From: Promethearchaeota archaeon
Lineage (GTDB): Archaea; Asgardarchaeota; Lokiarchaeia; Sigyniarchaeales; SOKP01
Direction of reading: 5' to 3'
Assembly (NCBI GenBank): GCA_019058445.1
Contig: JAHPZA010000003.1
Coordinates: forward strand, 32,001-96,000
DNA length: 64,000 bases
The position numbers and the translations under genes were made by a program. The notes under the pieces are model-generated. The model saw only the letters and a program-made list of their open reading frames with translations, was not told the origin of the DNA and made no database searches. Positions 1-9,250 of the stretch are shown here, in pieces; position 1 is the first letter of the stretch; each line of letters begins with the position of its first letter.

Positions 1-696
1 ACCTCTTTAAAAAATTCACTTAAACTCATACAAGAAGGATTGGATATTGGGGTTGACGGATTTGTAGCTACGGTTCCACAATATTTCTTATTGGATAATA
101 GACAAATCAAGACATACTTTACATCTATTAATGAGCATTGTAATGGTAAGCCATTATTTGCCTATGATGTTAGCGAGGTAGTTCCGACGACAGCAAGTCT
201 ATCACCTAAACTGATTGTTGAACTATTAGATAATAAAATAATTAATGGAATGAAATATTCTGGAGTACTTTGGGAAGATTATGCAAAAATTGTTCTCGAA
301 GGAGTAAGTGACAGGGAATCTATAAAATTTTTTGCAGGTTCTGAGATTGTCAGTCGTAAAATTTATGAAGCGGGGTTTAAATTTGATGGCGGGATATACT
401 CTGCCTTGAATTTATTTCCTCGTTTATATGTCAACACGTTTAAAGCAATCACATCAAAAGATGAGGCTCTAATCTCAAAATGCTTACCCCTCTTTCTTAG
501 TGCAGGTGGGCTTATGGGAGCGATGGGAAGTGCGGGAACTCAAAGTGTAATGAAAGAAACATTAAAGGCAATTGGTCTCCCCATCTCCGCTAAAGTACGA
601 TCACCGTTGCCACCATTAAAAAAACATGTTCATAAAAAAATCAACAATGTAATTGAAATGTTATCTAAGGAGGGTTATGTAGATAAATATCAATAA
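1..696 (+). CDS. DapA/DHDPS-family class I aldolase (KDG/KDX aldolase-like), 5'-truncated by the window edge
   Basis: The frame is open from base 1 (TSLKNSLKLIQEGLDIGVDGFVATVPQYF). It has the DapA-type segment PLFAYD and the Schiff-base Lys motif GMKYS, plus the C-terminal VRSPLPPL. Confidence 0.75.
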   Translation, partial: TSLKNSLKLIQEGLDIGVDGFVATVPQYFLLDNRQIKTYFTSINEHCNGKPLFAYDVSEVVPTTASLSPKLIVELLDNKIINGMKYSGVLWEDYAKIVLEGVSDRESIKFFAGSEIVSRKIYEAGFKFDGGIYSALNLFPRLYVNTFKAITSKDEALISKCLPLFLSAGGLMGAMGSAGTQSVMKETLKAIGLPISAKVRSPLPPLKKHVHKKINNVIEMLSKEGYVDKYQ

Positions 697-730
697 CACA
701 TCAATATTGTACATATAATTTTAAAATTCT

Positions 731-2416
731 ATGAGGTTAAAACTTATGAATGAACATGAAAGAGATATGAAAGAAAGAAGTAAAAGTATATTTGAGCCTA
801 TTAAAGACACCCCTAATTATTATGGACCTTATGGCGTATGGAGAGGGGTGGGATTAGAAATTAAAGAGATTGATAAAAAACCGCTTATTGGGATAGCAAA
901 TACTTGGAATGAGTTTCATCCAGGGCATAAACATTTAAGGATATTAGCAGAGGGAGTAAAATGGGGTATTTTAGAATCAGGTGGAATTCCATTTGAATTT
1001 AACACTATTGCTCCCTGTGATGGAATTGCTCAAGGAAATGAAGGTATGAGGTATATTCTTCTTCAAAGGGAGATAATAGCAGATTCAATCGAGGCCATGA
1101 TGGAAGCGCAACGCTTGGATGCATTAGTCACGCTTTCTTCATGTGATAAAATAAACCCTGCTGTGTTAATGGCAGCAGCACGATTAAATATTCCTACTAT
1201 TTGCGTTCCAGGAGGACCTGGACATATGGAAATAGAATTTAAAGCAGGCTTTCAAGGACTGGACCACCATTTCTACGATGCAAGAGAAGACGTGTTTAGT
1301 TGTCATACTTGTGTTACTCATGGCGCATGTGCGTTTATGGGAACCGCTAATTCTGTTCAATGTCTTACTGAAGCATTGGGAATGACTCTCCCTAACGCTG
1401 CAACAGCTCCAGGTGTAAGCCAAATGAAATATATTATAGCCAAGCAATCAGGTCGCCAGATCATTCAACTTCTCAAGGATGGAATCACACCATCGCAAAT
1501 AATGACCCGAGAAGCATTTGAGAATGCAATTATGGTAGATATGGCAATTGGGGGATCGACTAATGTAGTGTTGCATTTACTAGCTATTGCACATGAGATG
1601 GGTATTGAATTGGAATTAGATTTATTTAATAAATTTAGTAAAATGATCCCAACCATTGTAGGAGTTCAACCAAACGGTGTTCATTCCGTATCGGAATTAT
1701 ATGGAGCAGGTGGAATACCCGCTGTAATGAAAAGGATTGAAGAATTTTTGCATCTGGACTGTTTGACTGTATCAGGAAAAACCTGGAAACGTCTACTTAA
1801 AAGAGTGAAGTTTAGAGAACAAGAAATTATTCGACCTCTCTCAAATCCATATTTTCCTGAAGGTGGGACCGTTATTTTAAAGGGTAACTTGGCTCCCGAA
1901 GGTGCAGTGATCAAAGAATCAGCTATAAAAGATAAGGATATGTTAACGTTTACTGGCAATGCCCGAGCTTTTAATTCGCAGTATGAGGCAATGCAAGCTC
2001 TCGCGGCGAATAAAATTAAAAGTGGAGAGATAGTAATAATAAGATATGAAGGACCTAAAGGGGCCCCTGGAATGCCTGAGAATCACAGTTTTACTGAATT
2101 ACTTTACGCTCGTCGAGATATTACTAAGGTAGCTATGTTGACTGACGGAAGATTTTCAGGAGCGTCAATGGGACCTTGTATAGGGCATGTATGTCCAGAA
2201 GCATATGTAGGAGGACCAATAGCTATTGTAGAAGATGGTGATCGCATCACAATAGATATTCCTAACCGGAGACTTGATATTGATCTTACAGAAGCTGAAA
2301 TCAAGGAACGATTAGCAAATTGGAAACCTATTGAGCATGAAGTAAAAAGCAAGGTCTTATCAAGATACAAAAAGTTGGTAACATCGGCAGCCAAGGGGGC
2401 TGTCTTGAAATATTAG
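731..2416 (+). CDS. ilvD: Dihydroxy-acid dehydratase / IlvD-Edd family dehydratase
   Basis: Motifs PGHKHL, PCDGIAQG, SCDK, GACAFMGTANS, GGSTN, GNLAPEGAVIK, RYEGPKGAPGM, TDGRFSG, GHVCPEA. Confidence 0.9.
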   Translation: MRLKLMNEHERDMKERSKSIFEPIKDTPNYYGPYGVWRGVGLEIKEIDKKPLIGIANTWNEFHPGHKHLRILAEGVKWGILESGGIPFEFNTIAPCDGIAQGNEGMRYILLQREIIADSIEAMMEAQRLDALVTLSSCDKINPAVLMAAARLNIPTICVPGGPGHMEIEFKAGFQGLDHHFYDAREDVFSCHTCVTHGACAFMGTANSVQCLTEALGMTLPNAATAPGVSQMKYIIAKQSGRQIIQLLKDGITPSQIMTREAFENAIMVDMAIGGSTNVVLHLLAIAHEMGIELELDLFNKFSKMIPTIVGVQPNGVHSVSELYGAGGIPAVMKRIEEFLHLDCLTVSGKTWKRLLKRVKFREQEIIRPLSNPYFPEGGTVILKGNLAPEGAVIKESAIKDKDMLTFTGNARAFNSQYEAMQALAANKIKSGEIVIIRYEGPKGAPGMPENHSFTELLYARRDITKVAMLTDGRFSGASMGPCIGHVCPEAYVGGPIAIVEDGDRITIDIPNRRLDIDLTEAEIKERLANWKPIEHEVKSKVLSRYKKLVTSAAKGAVLKY

Positions 2417-2489
2417 TTATGGTAACCACTTAATTTCATAAAAAATACAAACAAAAAAAATATACAAACAAAATGGAGATGTAAATTTA

Positions 2490-3899
2490 ATGAGCAAAGA
2501 ACAAATAGAACACGGAAGTTCTTTAGAAAATAAACAACCTAATACGATTATTACTTCATACGGAATAGGATATTTATTAATGGAAATTTGGAATGTAATC
2601 TTTGGAGCATACGTGTTCTTTTTCTATGAAACAGAAGTAGGTTTATATGTCTGGTTATTAGTACTAGGATATGTTATTTATGCGCTATGGAATTCGTTTA
2701 ATGATCCTCTTATAGGGTATATTTTTGATAGACCGAATTTTCTCTGGAAAAAATGGGGTAAACGGTTTCCAATAATATTAGGTGCGGCAATTCCTTGGTT
2801 TGTATCGATGTTTATGATACTAACCCCTCCCAATGTTGATCCAATAGAAGGAGCAATGTTTATCTTCGCATGGATGATTTTTGCCACTTGTTTATTCGAT
2901 ACATTTTATAGTATGTTTCAAAACAACCATTATTCCCTTTTTCCAGATAAATTCCGCTTAGACAGCGACAGGAGGAAAGCAGGAGGAATTGGATTAATAC
3001 TTGGAGTTGTTGGAACCACGATTGGCGGTTTAATTCCACCTATGTTTATAAGTTATGGAAATAAATCTTCTTATTCAATAATGGCTTTATTTATGGTCTT
3101 AATCGCGTCATTCTTTCTGATATTGATGATTCCAGGTATACGGGAAACTCAAGACATGAAAGATCGATATGTTACCACGGATATACATAAAGAAACAGAA
3201 GGCTTTTTCAAAACTATGAAAAAAGCAGTAAAACAGAGGAATTTCATGACATTAGTTTTCATTACATTTATTGGAGATGTAGCTTTTGCGTGTATAACCG
3301 CTTCAATACATTACTTAGTAAAATATAATTTACAAGAAGAGGCTTCATTTTCCATTATACTTTTTGCCGCATTTTTGCTTGGAGCCATTCTATCAATCCC
3401 GATATTCTTAAAGCTTATTCAGAAAATGAATGATAATAGAAAGATGCATATTATTGGAATTATCTTATTGATCGTGTTTCTCTTGAATCTAGGATTTTAT
3501 TGGAATCTATATTCATTGATAATTGGGGTTGTTCTATTAGGGGTGGGTCAGGCTGCCTTTAAAGTAGCTCGCTTTCCTTGTTTAGCAGATACCCTTGATG
3601 AGGCAACTGTGAAAACTGGAGTCCATCAGGAATCGGTTTATATGGGGGTTCAAACCTTTTTTATGCGCTTTTCTCTCATTGCGCAAGCAATAATCTTTGC
3701 TGTAGTACATGTGTTAACTGGATTTGATCCCAATAAAGGTAATCAATCTGAATTAGCTCTTATTGGGATTAGACTTCAATCTGCAATTGTTCCCGCGTTC
3801 GTCGTTTTGTTTGGACTCTTAATATTCCTAAAATATTACGATCTAACACCAGACAAAACTGCCATTAATAAACAAAAACTAAAAGAACTTAGATTGTAA
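2490..3899 (+). CDS. MFS transporter, GPH (MelB-like) glycoside:cation symporter family
   Basis: About 12 hydrophobic segments; motifs WNSFNDPLIGYIFDR, KWGKRFP, LADTLDE and the C-terminal KYYDLT. Confidence 0.85.
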   Translation: MSKEQIEHGSSLENKQPNTIITSYGIGYLLMEIWNVIFGAYVFFFYETEVGLYVWLLVLGYVIYALWNSFNDPLIGYIFDRPNFLWKKWGKRFPIILGAAIPWFVSMFMILTPPNVDPIEGAMFIFAWMIFATCLFDTFYSMFQNNHYSLFPDKFRLDSDRRKAGGIGLILGVVGTTIGGLIPPMFISYGNKSSYSIMALFMVLIASFFLILMIPGIRETQDMKDRYVTTDIHKETEGFFKTMKKAVKQRNFMTLVFITFIGDVAFACITASIHYLVKYNLQEEASFSIILFAAFLLGAILSIPIFLKLIQKMNDNRKMHIIGIILLIVFLLNLGFYWNLYSLIIGVVLLGVGQAAFKVARFPCLADTLDEATVKTGVHQESVYMGVQTFFMRFSLIAQAIIFAVVHVLTGFDPNKGNQSELALIGIRLQSAIVPAFVVLFGLLIFLKYYDLTPDKTAINKQKLKELRL

Positions 3900-4025
3900 T
3901 TGCTTATCTTCGTTTATTCAATTTATTTTTTTTCCTAATTTCTACTCCAAAGGTATCAAAATGTAATGATAAAATTAATTTATTTGTAACAATTTACCTA
4001 ATAAAATAATTTAGGGAATGTTATT

Positions 4026-5063
4026 ATGAGCATAGGTTTTAATTCACTAAATAATCTCGCAAAAATTAGAAAAGATGCCAAGAGGAAACGAATTTCGAGC
4101 TATGACCCAACTGGAGCGAATGCTGACTTTAATTTTGTAAAATCCAAACAAAAACATATCATTTTTGACGTTAAAGGGGCAGGTATAATCAAGCACATTT
4201 GGATGACATTAGCATGCTCAGATCCTCTTTATTTGCGGAAAGCAATAATTCGAATGTGGTGGGATGCTGAGATGGAACCTTCCGTTGAATGTCCGATTGG
4301 AGATTTCTTTGGAGTAGGCCATGCAAAAGCAGTCAATTATTGGAGCTTACCACTTTCTATGGGTCCACAGGATGGAAAAGGGTTCAATTGCTTTTTTCCA
4401 ATGCCCTTTTCTAAGGGAGCTAAAATCGAAGTTGAAAATGAGACTGACGTAGAAATAGTGTGGTATTATTATTTTGATTATGAGGAATATAAAGAGTTAG
4501 ACGATAATTTCGGCAGATTTCATGTCACATGGCATAGAGAAAATCCATGTAAAGGCAGTAATAGAGAACCTTTCTATAGAAAAAATCCAACACATGAAAA
4601 TGATTTTCTATTATTCGAAGCAGAAGGAGAAGGGCATTATATAGGCTGTCATGTAGATATTCATAATCTAAAAGTGACTCACAAACACAATTGGCCAGGA
4701 GAAGGAGATGACTATATTGAGATAGATGACGGAGAGACAATATTATATGGAACTGGAACCGAGGATTATTTTTGCACTTCTTGGTGTCCTTCTCAGTATT
4801 ATTGCTCACCGTATTTTGGAATTCCTATACCAGGAGGTAAAAATTGGAGTGGCAAAATAACATATTACAGATACCATATAGAAGACCCTATTATGTTTCA
4901 CAAAAATATTAAAGTTAAAATTGAGCATGGTCATGCTAACCAGCGTTCAGATGATTGGTCAACAACTGCGTACTGGTATCAAAATGAGCCTCATAAAAAA
5001 TTTAGACCTCTCTTACCTATGGAAGAAAGATTACCTCGAGATGAGCCTAAAGAAATAGAATAA
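4026..5063 (+). CDS. DUF2961 / glycoside hydrolase family 172 protein
   Basis: Motifs ISSYDPTGANAD, GIIKHIWMT, PSVECPIGDFFG, FNCFFPMPF, WPGEGDD, GTGTEDYF, YRYHIEDPI, EHGHAN. Confidence 0.88.
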   Translation: MSIGFNSLNNLAKIRKDAKRKRISSYDPTGANADFNFVKSKQKHIIFDVKGAGIIKHIWMTLACSDPLYLRKAIIRMWWDAEMEPSVECPIGDFFGVGHAKAVNYWSLPLSMGPQDGKGFNCFFPMPFSKGAKIEVENETDVEIVWYYYFDYEEYKELDDNFGRFHVTWHRENPCKGSNREPFYRKNPTHENDFLLFEAEGEGHYIGCHVDIHNLKVTHKHNWPGEGDDYIEIDDGETILYGTGTEDYFCTSWCPSQYYCSPYFGIPIPGGKNWSGKITYYRYHIEDPIMFHKNIKVKIEHGHANQRSDDWSTTAYWYQNEPHKKFRPLLPMEERLPRDEPKEIE

Positions 5064-5066
5064 ATA

Positions 5067-5093
5067 TTTTTTTTTCACTTTTTTTTATTTTTT
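5067..5093 (+). terminator. Archaeal oligo-T terminator after the GH172 gene
   Basis: T9, T8 and T6 runs directly after the stop codon at 5063. Confidence 0.5.
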
Positions 5094-5176
5094 CAGATTC
5101 CTACATTTATTTCATTTTTTTAATCAATAACTTTCATTTTCATTCAATTATGATTAATTTTCATTCAAAAATCGGA

Positions 5177-5236
5177 ATATTTAAATATGATTGATCATAC
5201 TATTCAGTATGATCCGAATAATCCGAATGATCGGAT
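5177..5236 (+). promoter_or_regulatory. TATA box plus two inverted repeats (probable operator) upstream of the AbrB-family gene
   Basis: TTTAAATA at 5180-5187. Perfect 9-bp inverted repeat GATCATACT-attc-AGTATGATC at 5193-5214. Second inverted repeat ATCCGA-atga-TCGGAT at 5221-5236. Confidence 0.6.
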
Positions 5237-5270
5237 CCCTTAATATTTTAAAAAACCAAGGTTTTGAGAG

Positions 5271-5531
5271 ATGAACAAACATAAGAAAAATAGATACTTT
5301 TTTGGATCTGTTAAAGTAGGAACAAGAGGTCAAATTGTGATTCCACAAGAGGCAAGAGAGGTATTTAATATTAAATCAGGGGATCAAATCCTGATATTTG
5401 GGGATATCAATAAAGGATTAGGTCTTATAAAAGCGTCAAAATTAAATCAGTTTGCGACGAGGTTTTTCAAATCTTTTGAATTGGAAGAAGAAAATAATCA
5501 AAATAAAAATGGAGGTAATAACAATGAGTAA
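5271..5531 (+). CDS. AbrB/MazE/SpoVT-family DNA-binding protein
   Basis: Signature SVKVGTRGQIVIPQEAREVFNIKSGDQILI. Confidence 0.9.
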   Translation: MNKHKKNRYFFGSVKVGTRGQIVIPQEAREVFNIKSGDQILIFGDINKGLGLIKASKLNQFATRFFKSFELEEENNQNKNGGNNNE

Positions 5532-6075
5532 TTTCGAGAAAAAAAAGAAGAAAAAACATCAATCAAATATTGATTTTAAATTCATGTCGTTTTTCTTTAA
5601 GGTACGTGACATGTTAAAATCACCGGTGATAAAAATTGAAAAAGCCAATATGAAACCAGGTGATAAAGTGCTTGATTATGGATGTGGTCCAGGCAGCTTT
5701 ACACTCGCTGCTGCGGAGGTTGTTGGTCCTTCTGGTAAAGTATATGCTGCCGATATCAATTCTCTCGCTGTAAAAAAAGTCAGAAAAGCATCATCAAAAA
5801 AAGGTTTTAAAAATATAGAAACCATTCAAACTGACTGCAAAACAGGATTAGGAAATAATTCTGTAAATATGGTAATGTGTTTCGATACATTTCATGATGT
5901 AGATGATAAGGAAAGTCTATTACGTGAATTTCATAGAGTATTAAAACCGAATTCTAGCCTTGCTTTTGATGATCATCATCTAAATGAAGATGAAATAATT
6001 TCAAAAGTTACAGAGAATGGTCTTTTTGCTTTAACAGAGAAAAAAGAGAAACTCTATCTTTTTGCAAAAAGATAA
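5524..6075 (+). CDS. Class I SAM-dependent methyltransferase
   Basis: Motif I VLDYGCGPG, then VYAADIN and REFHRVLKP. The likely start is ATG 5524 (GGAGGT upstream, overlapping the abrB 3' end) rather than TTG 5452. Confidence 0.85.
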   Translation: MSNFEKKKKKKHQSNIDFKFMSFFFKVRDMLKSPVIKIEKANMKPGDKVLDYGCGPGSFTLAAAEVVGPSGKVYAADINSLAVKKVRKASSKKGFKNIETIQTDCKTGLGNNSVNMVMCFDTFHDVDDKESLLREFHRVLKPNSSLAFDDHHLNEDEIISKVTENGLFALTEKKEKLYLFAKR

Positions 6076-6166
6076 GAACAAAATCTTTTTTTTACTTTTT
6101 TAATTAGAATAAGAATCGTAAGTTCGCTCTAAAATTTTAAATATTTTTATATAGATTCTAGATTAG

Positions 6167-6913
6167 ATGACTGAAAAACAATACCTTATTTGTGATGAGG
6201 ATCTACCTATAGTTGTTCCTAAAAGGATGATGGTATTTGCAGGACATCCCGATGATGAACTGATCTCATGTGGAGGGACTATTCTAAAATACCAAAAACT
6301 TGGCTGTGATATACGAGTAGTGGTAGCTACAACGGGTCTCGGAGGGTATGCCATAAAAGAACATAAGGAAACAATTTTAGATCAAAGAGAAAATGAATTA
6401 AAGCGGGTATCTGAGGTGTTAAAATGTGAATTTATCGAACTGGGATATTCGGATTTAGAGATAACAAGAAAAAAAATCTCTAAAATAACTAATTTAATAC
6501 GCAATCATCAGCCACAGGTTATTCTTATACCCCATTATACCGATTTTCATAGAGTTCACCGAAATTTATCATTAATTTGCCGGGAAGCTATATATCATTG
6601 TACTACTGGAAAAGCCTATGGAGGTCATGAACGGAGCTGGAGTCCTTTAGGGGTATATTATTATGAATCCCCTTCATGTAAATTTCAATATATCGAAGGC
6701 TCTGTATTTGTAGTGGTGGATATTGAGAATTATTGGGAGACCAAGAAAGAGATATTTGAACATGTCTATATCTCCCAAAAAGAAGTGTTAGAACGTGTTA
6801 TTGATTGGGCAGAAGATACTGCCATATTAAGGGGCAATGAGATTAATTCAAAGTATGGAGAAGCTTTTATTCCCGAGACGACGTACACTCCTTTACGTAT
6901 TTTATTAGTTTAA
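6167..6913 (+). CDS. PIG-L/LmbE family deacetylase (N-acetylhexosamine deacetylase-like)
   Basis: Motifs AGHPDDE, CGGTI, RENE, DFHRVH, YGEAF. Confidence 0.88.
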   Translation: MTEKQYLICDEDLPIVVPKRMMVFAGHPDDELISCGGTILKYQKLGCDIRVVVATTGLGGYAIKEHKETILDQRENELKRVSEVLKCEFIELGYSDLEITRKKISKITNLIRNHQPQVILIPHYTDFHRVHRNLSLICREAIYHCTTGKAYGGHERSWSPLGVYYYESPSCKFQYIEGSVFVVVDIENYWETKKEIFEHVYISQKEVLERVIDWAEDTAILRGNEINSKYGEAFIPETTYTPLRILLV

Positions 6914-6948
6914 AAAATCTAATTATATAAAAAATAAATTTTATTAAA

Positions 6949-7974
6949 GTGGATTATATGAATCAAAATCAAAAATTTATTATTGGAGTTGATATCGGAG
7001 GAACGTGGATTCGCGTGGCTATCTGCACACAAGAATTATATGAAGAGAATATTAAAACAAAAGTAGTCAATACCCCAAAAGAACACAAGTTTTCCATTAG
7101 CAATTCGGTCGTCACCATGATATCTGAATTATTATCGGAGAATAATTTAAATAAGGATCAAATTTTAGGAATAGGATTAGCTTGTGCTGGTCCTTTAGAT
7201 ATGGTTACAGGAGAAGTTTTTAATAATGCAAATCTCGGTTTCAGAGAAATTCCTATAAAGCAACCCATCCAAGAAAAATTTCCCGACATTCCCATTTACT
7301 TGATTAACGATTGTAATGCTGCGGTATTAGGTGTCCACTATTTTGAAGCAAGTGAAGATGAGAAGGAAAATTTAGTGTATATTACCGTTTCAACAGGAAT
7401 CGGTGGGGGAGCAATCGTTAACGGTCATTTATTAATTGGTAAAGACGGAAACGCAGCCGAAGTGGGTCATGGTTTAGTAGAACCAAGGAGTAACCTTCAA
7501 TGTAACTGTGGAGCCTACGGGTGTTGGGAGGTATATAGCTCAGGAACAGGCGTAATGAGGAGAACTTTAGAAGCAATCAATGAGGGCAACTTAAACGCTG
7601 ATATCTTAATGAAGTTAGTAGAGAATGATACTTCAAAAATTACAGCAAAGGAAGTATTTCAAGCAGCCAGAGAAGGAGATGAGCTTTCTGAAAAAATTGT
7701 TGATCAATTTATTTTTTATATGAAAGTAGGTATTGGCTTAGTAAACAACTTTTATGATTGCACAGCAGTTTATTTTGGTGGAGCGATGATGAAAGATAAA
7801 GCCCAAATTTTGCCTCCTATAATTGAGCAATTTGAAAAAAATCCGATTATCTTTACAGTTAATCATCCCCCAAAGCTGAAGGCAACAATCTATCGAGAAG
7901 ATATTGGTCTTAGAGGGGCTTTAGCCTTAATAAAATACAAAACAGAAAATAGTCCTATATTGGACATGTTATGA
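6949..7974 (+). CDS. ROK family sugar kinase (glucokinase-like)
   Basis: GVDIGGT, INDCNAA, STGIGGG, AAEVGH and the zinc motif CNCGAYGCWE; no N-terminal HTH. Confidence 0.9.
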   Translation: MDYMNQNQKFIIGVDIGGTWIRVAICTQELYEENIKTKVVNTPKEHKFSISNSVVTMISELLSENNLNKDQILGIGLACAGPLDMVTGEVFNNANLGFREIPIKQPIQEKFPDIPIYLINDCNAAVLGVHYFEASEDEKENLVYITVSTGIGGGAIVNGHLLIGKDGNAAEVGHGLVEPRSNLQCNCGAYGCWEVYSSGTGVMRRTLEAINEGNLNADILMKLVENDTSKITAKEVFQAAREGDELSEKIVDQFIFYMKVGIGLVNNFYDCTAVYFGGAMMKDKAQILPPIIEQFEKNPIIFTVNHPPKLKATIYREDIGLRGALALIKYKTENSPILDML

Positions 7975-8118
7975 TTTCCTTGTTCAGTTAATTACTTACT
8001 TGAGAAATAAATAGAAAAGAATATAATCCAAAAACATTAATTACTAGATTATTTTAGTAAATCATATCAGAAAATTAAAAATAATTAAATGAAATCTATA
8101 TATCAATTTGTCTAAAAA

Positions 8119-9192
8119 ATGAACCTAAATTGGACGATAGAAGTTATTATTATTTTTATCTCAATTATTCCAATTTCAATTAGTTTTATTTTATTATTTT
8201 ACAAATATACCAAGACTCGTGATTTGGTCTACTTTATCATGATGATCGGATGGGCATGTTTCCTTATTGGCAACTTTATAGAGGCAATTGCTTGCTTATT
8301 TTTATGGAAAGATTTATTTCGGATTCGGATGTATATTTATATTTTGCAAGGATATTGTGTATTGATTTTATTGGATATCGTTGCGAGAGAAGCTATTGAA
8401 CCAATTAAGTTGACTTTCTTTTCGCTTTTCGCAGGGATGGCAATTATTTTTTCATTCGACCCAACTGCTGTAATCATATATCAATTTCCAAATGGGGAAA
8501 TATCTGTCGGTTCAAGTGGATATTTTCGAATTACAATCTTTTTTATAGCTATATTTCAAGGAATCTTGCTTTTCTACTTTTTCTTCAAAATATTTTGGAA
8601 AGCTCCCAAAAGCTTGAAATTGTTTTCTCTTCTTAATTTAATTGGAGCAATTATTGTAAGTATTATTCCAAGTATTTTTTATATTGCAGGCTTGACAATG
8701 GTGGTGCCTGGATGTGCTATGCTTTTATTTGGAGTTGGAACTTTCTTAATTTCTATAGCCTTTGTGTTGCAACCTAAGTTATCATACATTTTACCATTTA
8801 GAGTATACCATCTTATAGTCATTGAAAAGAAATCTGGACTTCCTTTATATAAACATAGCTGGAGACAAGGAGATGACTTAATAAAAATAAATCCACAAGT
8901 TTTTTCGAGCCTGTTCCATGGCATAGAATTATTTGTTGAGGATACTGTTCATCGAGGAGTCATCCAAGAAATTAATGTCGAAAAGGCAATCCTAATTATG
9001 GGGCATTACAAATCAACATCTTGTGTTCTAATTACCTCTAAAACATCTTTAGTTCTTCGTAGGGCGTTGAATAGCTTTTGTTTAAAATTCTGGCATAAAT
9101 TTTCAGATATAATTAATGATCCTTCAAAGCTCAGTCAATTTGAGTCCACTAAAGTATTAGTTGAAGAATGTTTTGCATTTATTCCCGATTAA
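8119..9192 (+). CDS. 7-TM membrane protein with a C-terminal longin-like cytoplasmic domain
   Basis: Seven hydrophobic helices in residues ~5-217, then a longin-type pattern (VYHLIVIEKKSGLPLYKHSW...FSSLFHGIELFVEDTV...IQEINVE...F...F). Confidence 0.65.
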   Translation: MNLNWTIEVIIIFISIIPISISFILLFYKYTKTRDLVYFIMMIGWACFLIGNFIEAIACLFLWKDLFRIRMYIYILQGYCVLILLDIVAREAIEPIKLTFFSLFAGMAIIFSFDPTAVIIYQFPNGEISVGSSGYFRITIFFIAIFQGILLFYFFFKIFWKAPKSLKLFSLLNLIGAIIVSIIPSIFYIAGLTMVVPGCAMLLFGVGTFLISIAFVLQPKLSYILPFRVYHLIVIEKKSGLPLYKHSWRQGDDLIKINPQVFSSLFHGIELFVEDTVHRGVIQEINVEKAILIMGHYKSTSCVLITSKTSLVLRRALNSFCLKFWHKFSDIINDPSKLSQFESTKVLVEECFAFIPD

Positions 9193-9250
9193 CCTTCAAT
9201 TACAGAATAAAGTTTTCATACTTTTTTAGAAGATAAGGTTTAATTTTTCT

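Noticed and set aside
5452-5523. Longer TTG start for the methyltransferase (and similarly long starts at 43990, 36101 and 32477)
   Set aside because: They overlap upstream genes or AT-rich promoter DNA. Downstream ATGs fit family lengths better, and most have a clear ribosome-binding site.
5271-6075. AbrB/MazE gene as the antitoxin of a toxin-antitoxin pair
   Set aside because: The partner gene is a methyltransferase, not a PIN or MazF toxin.
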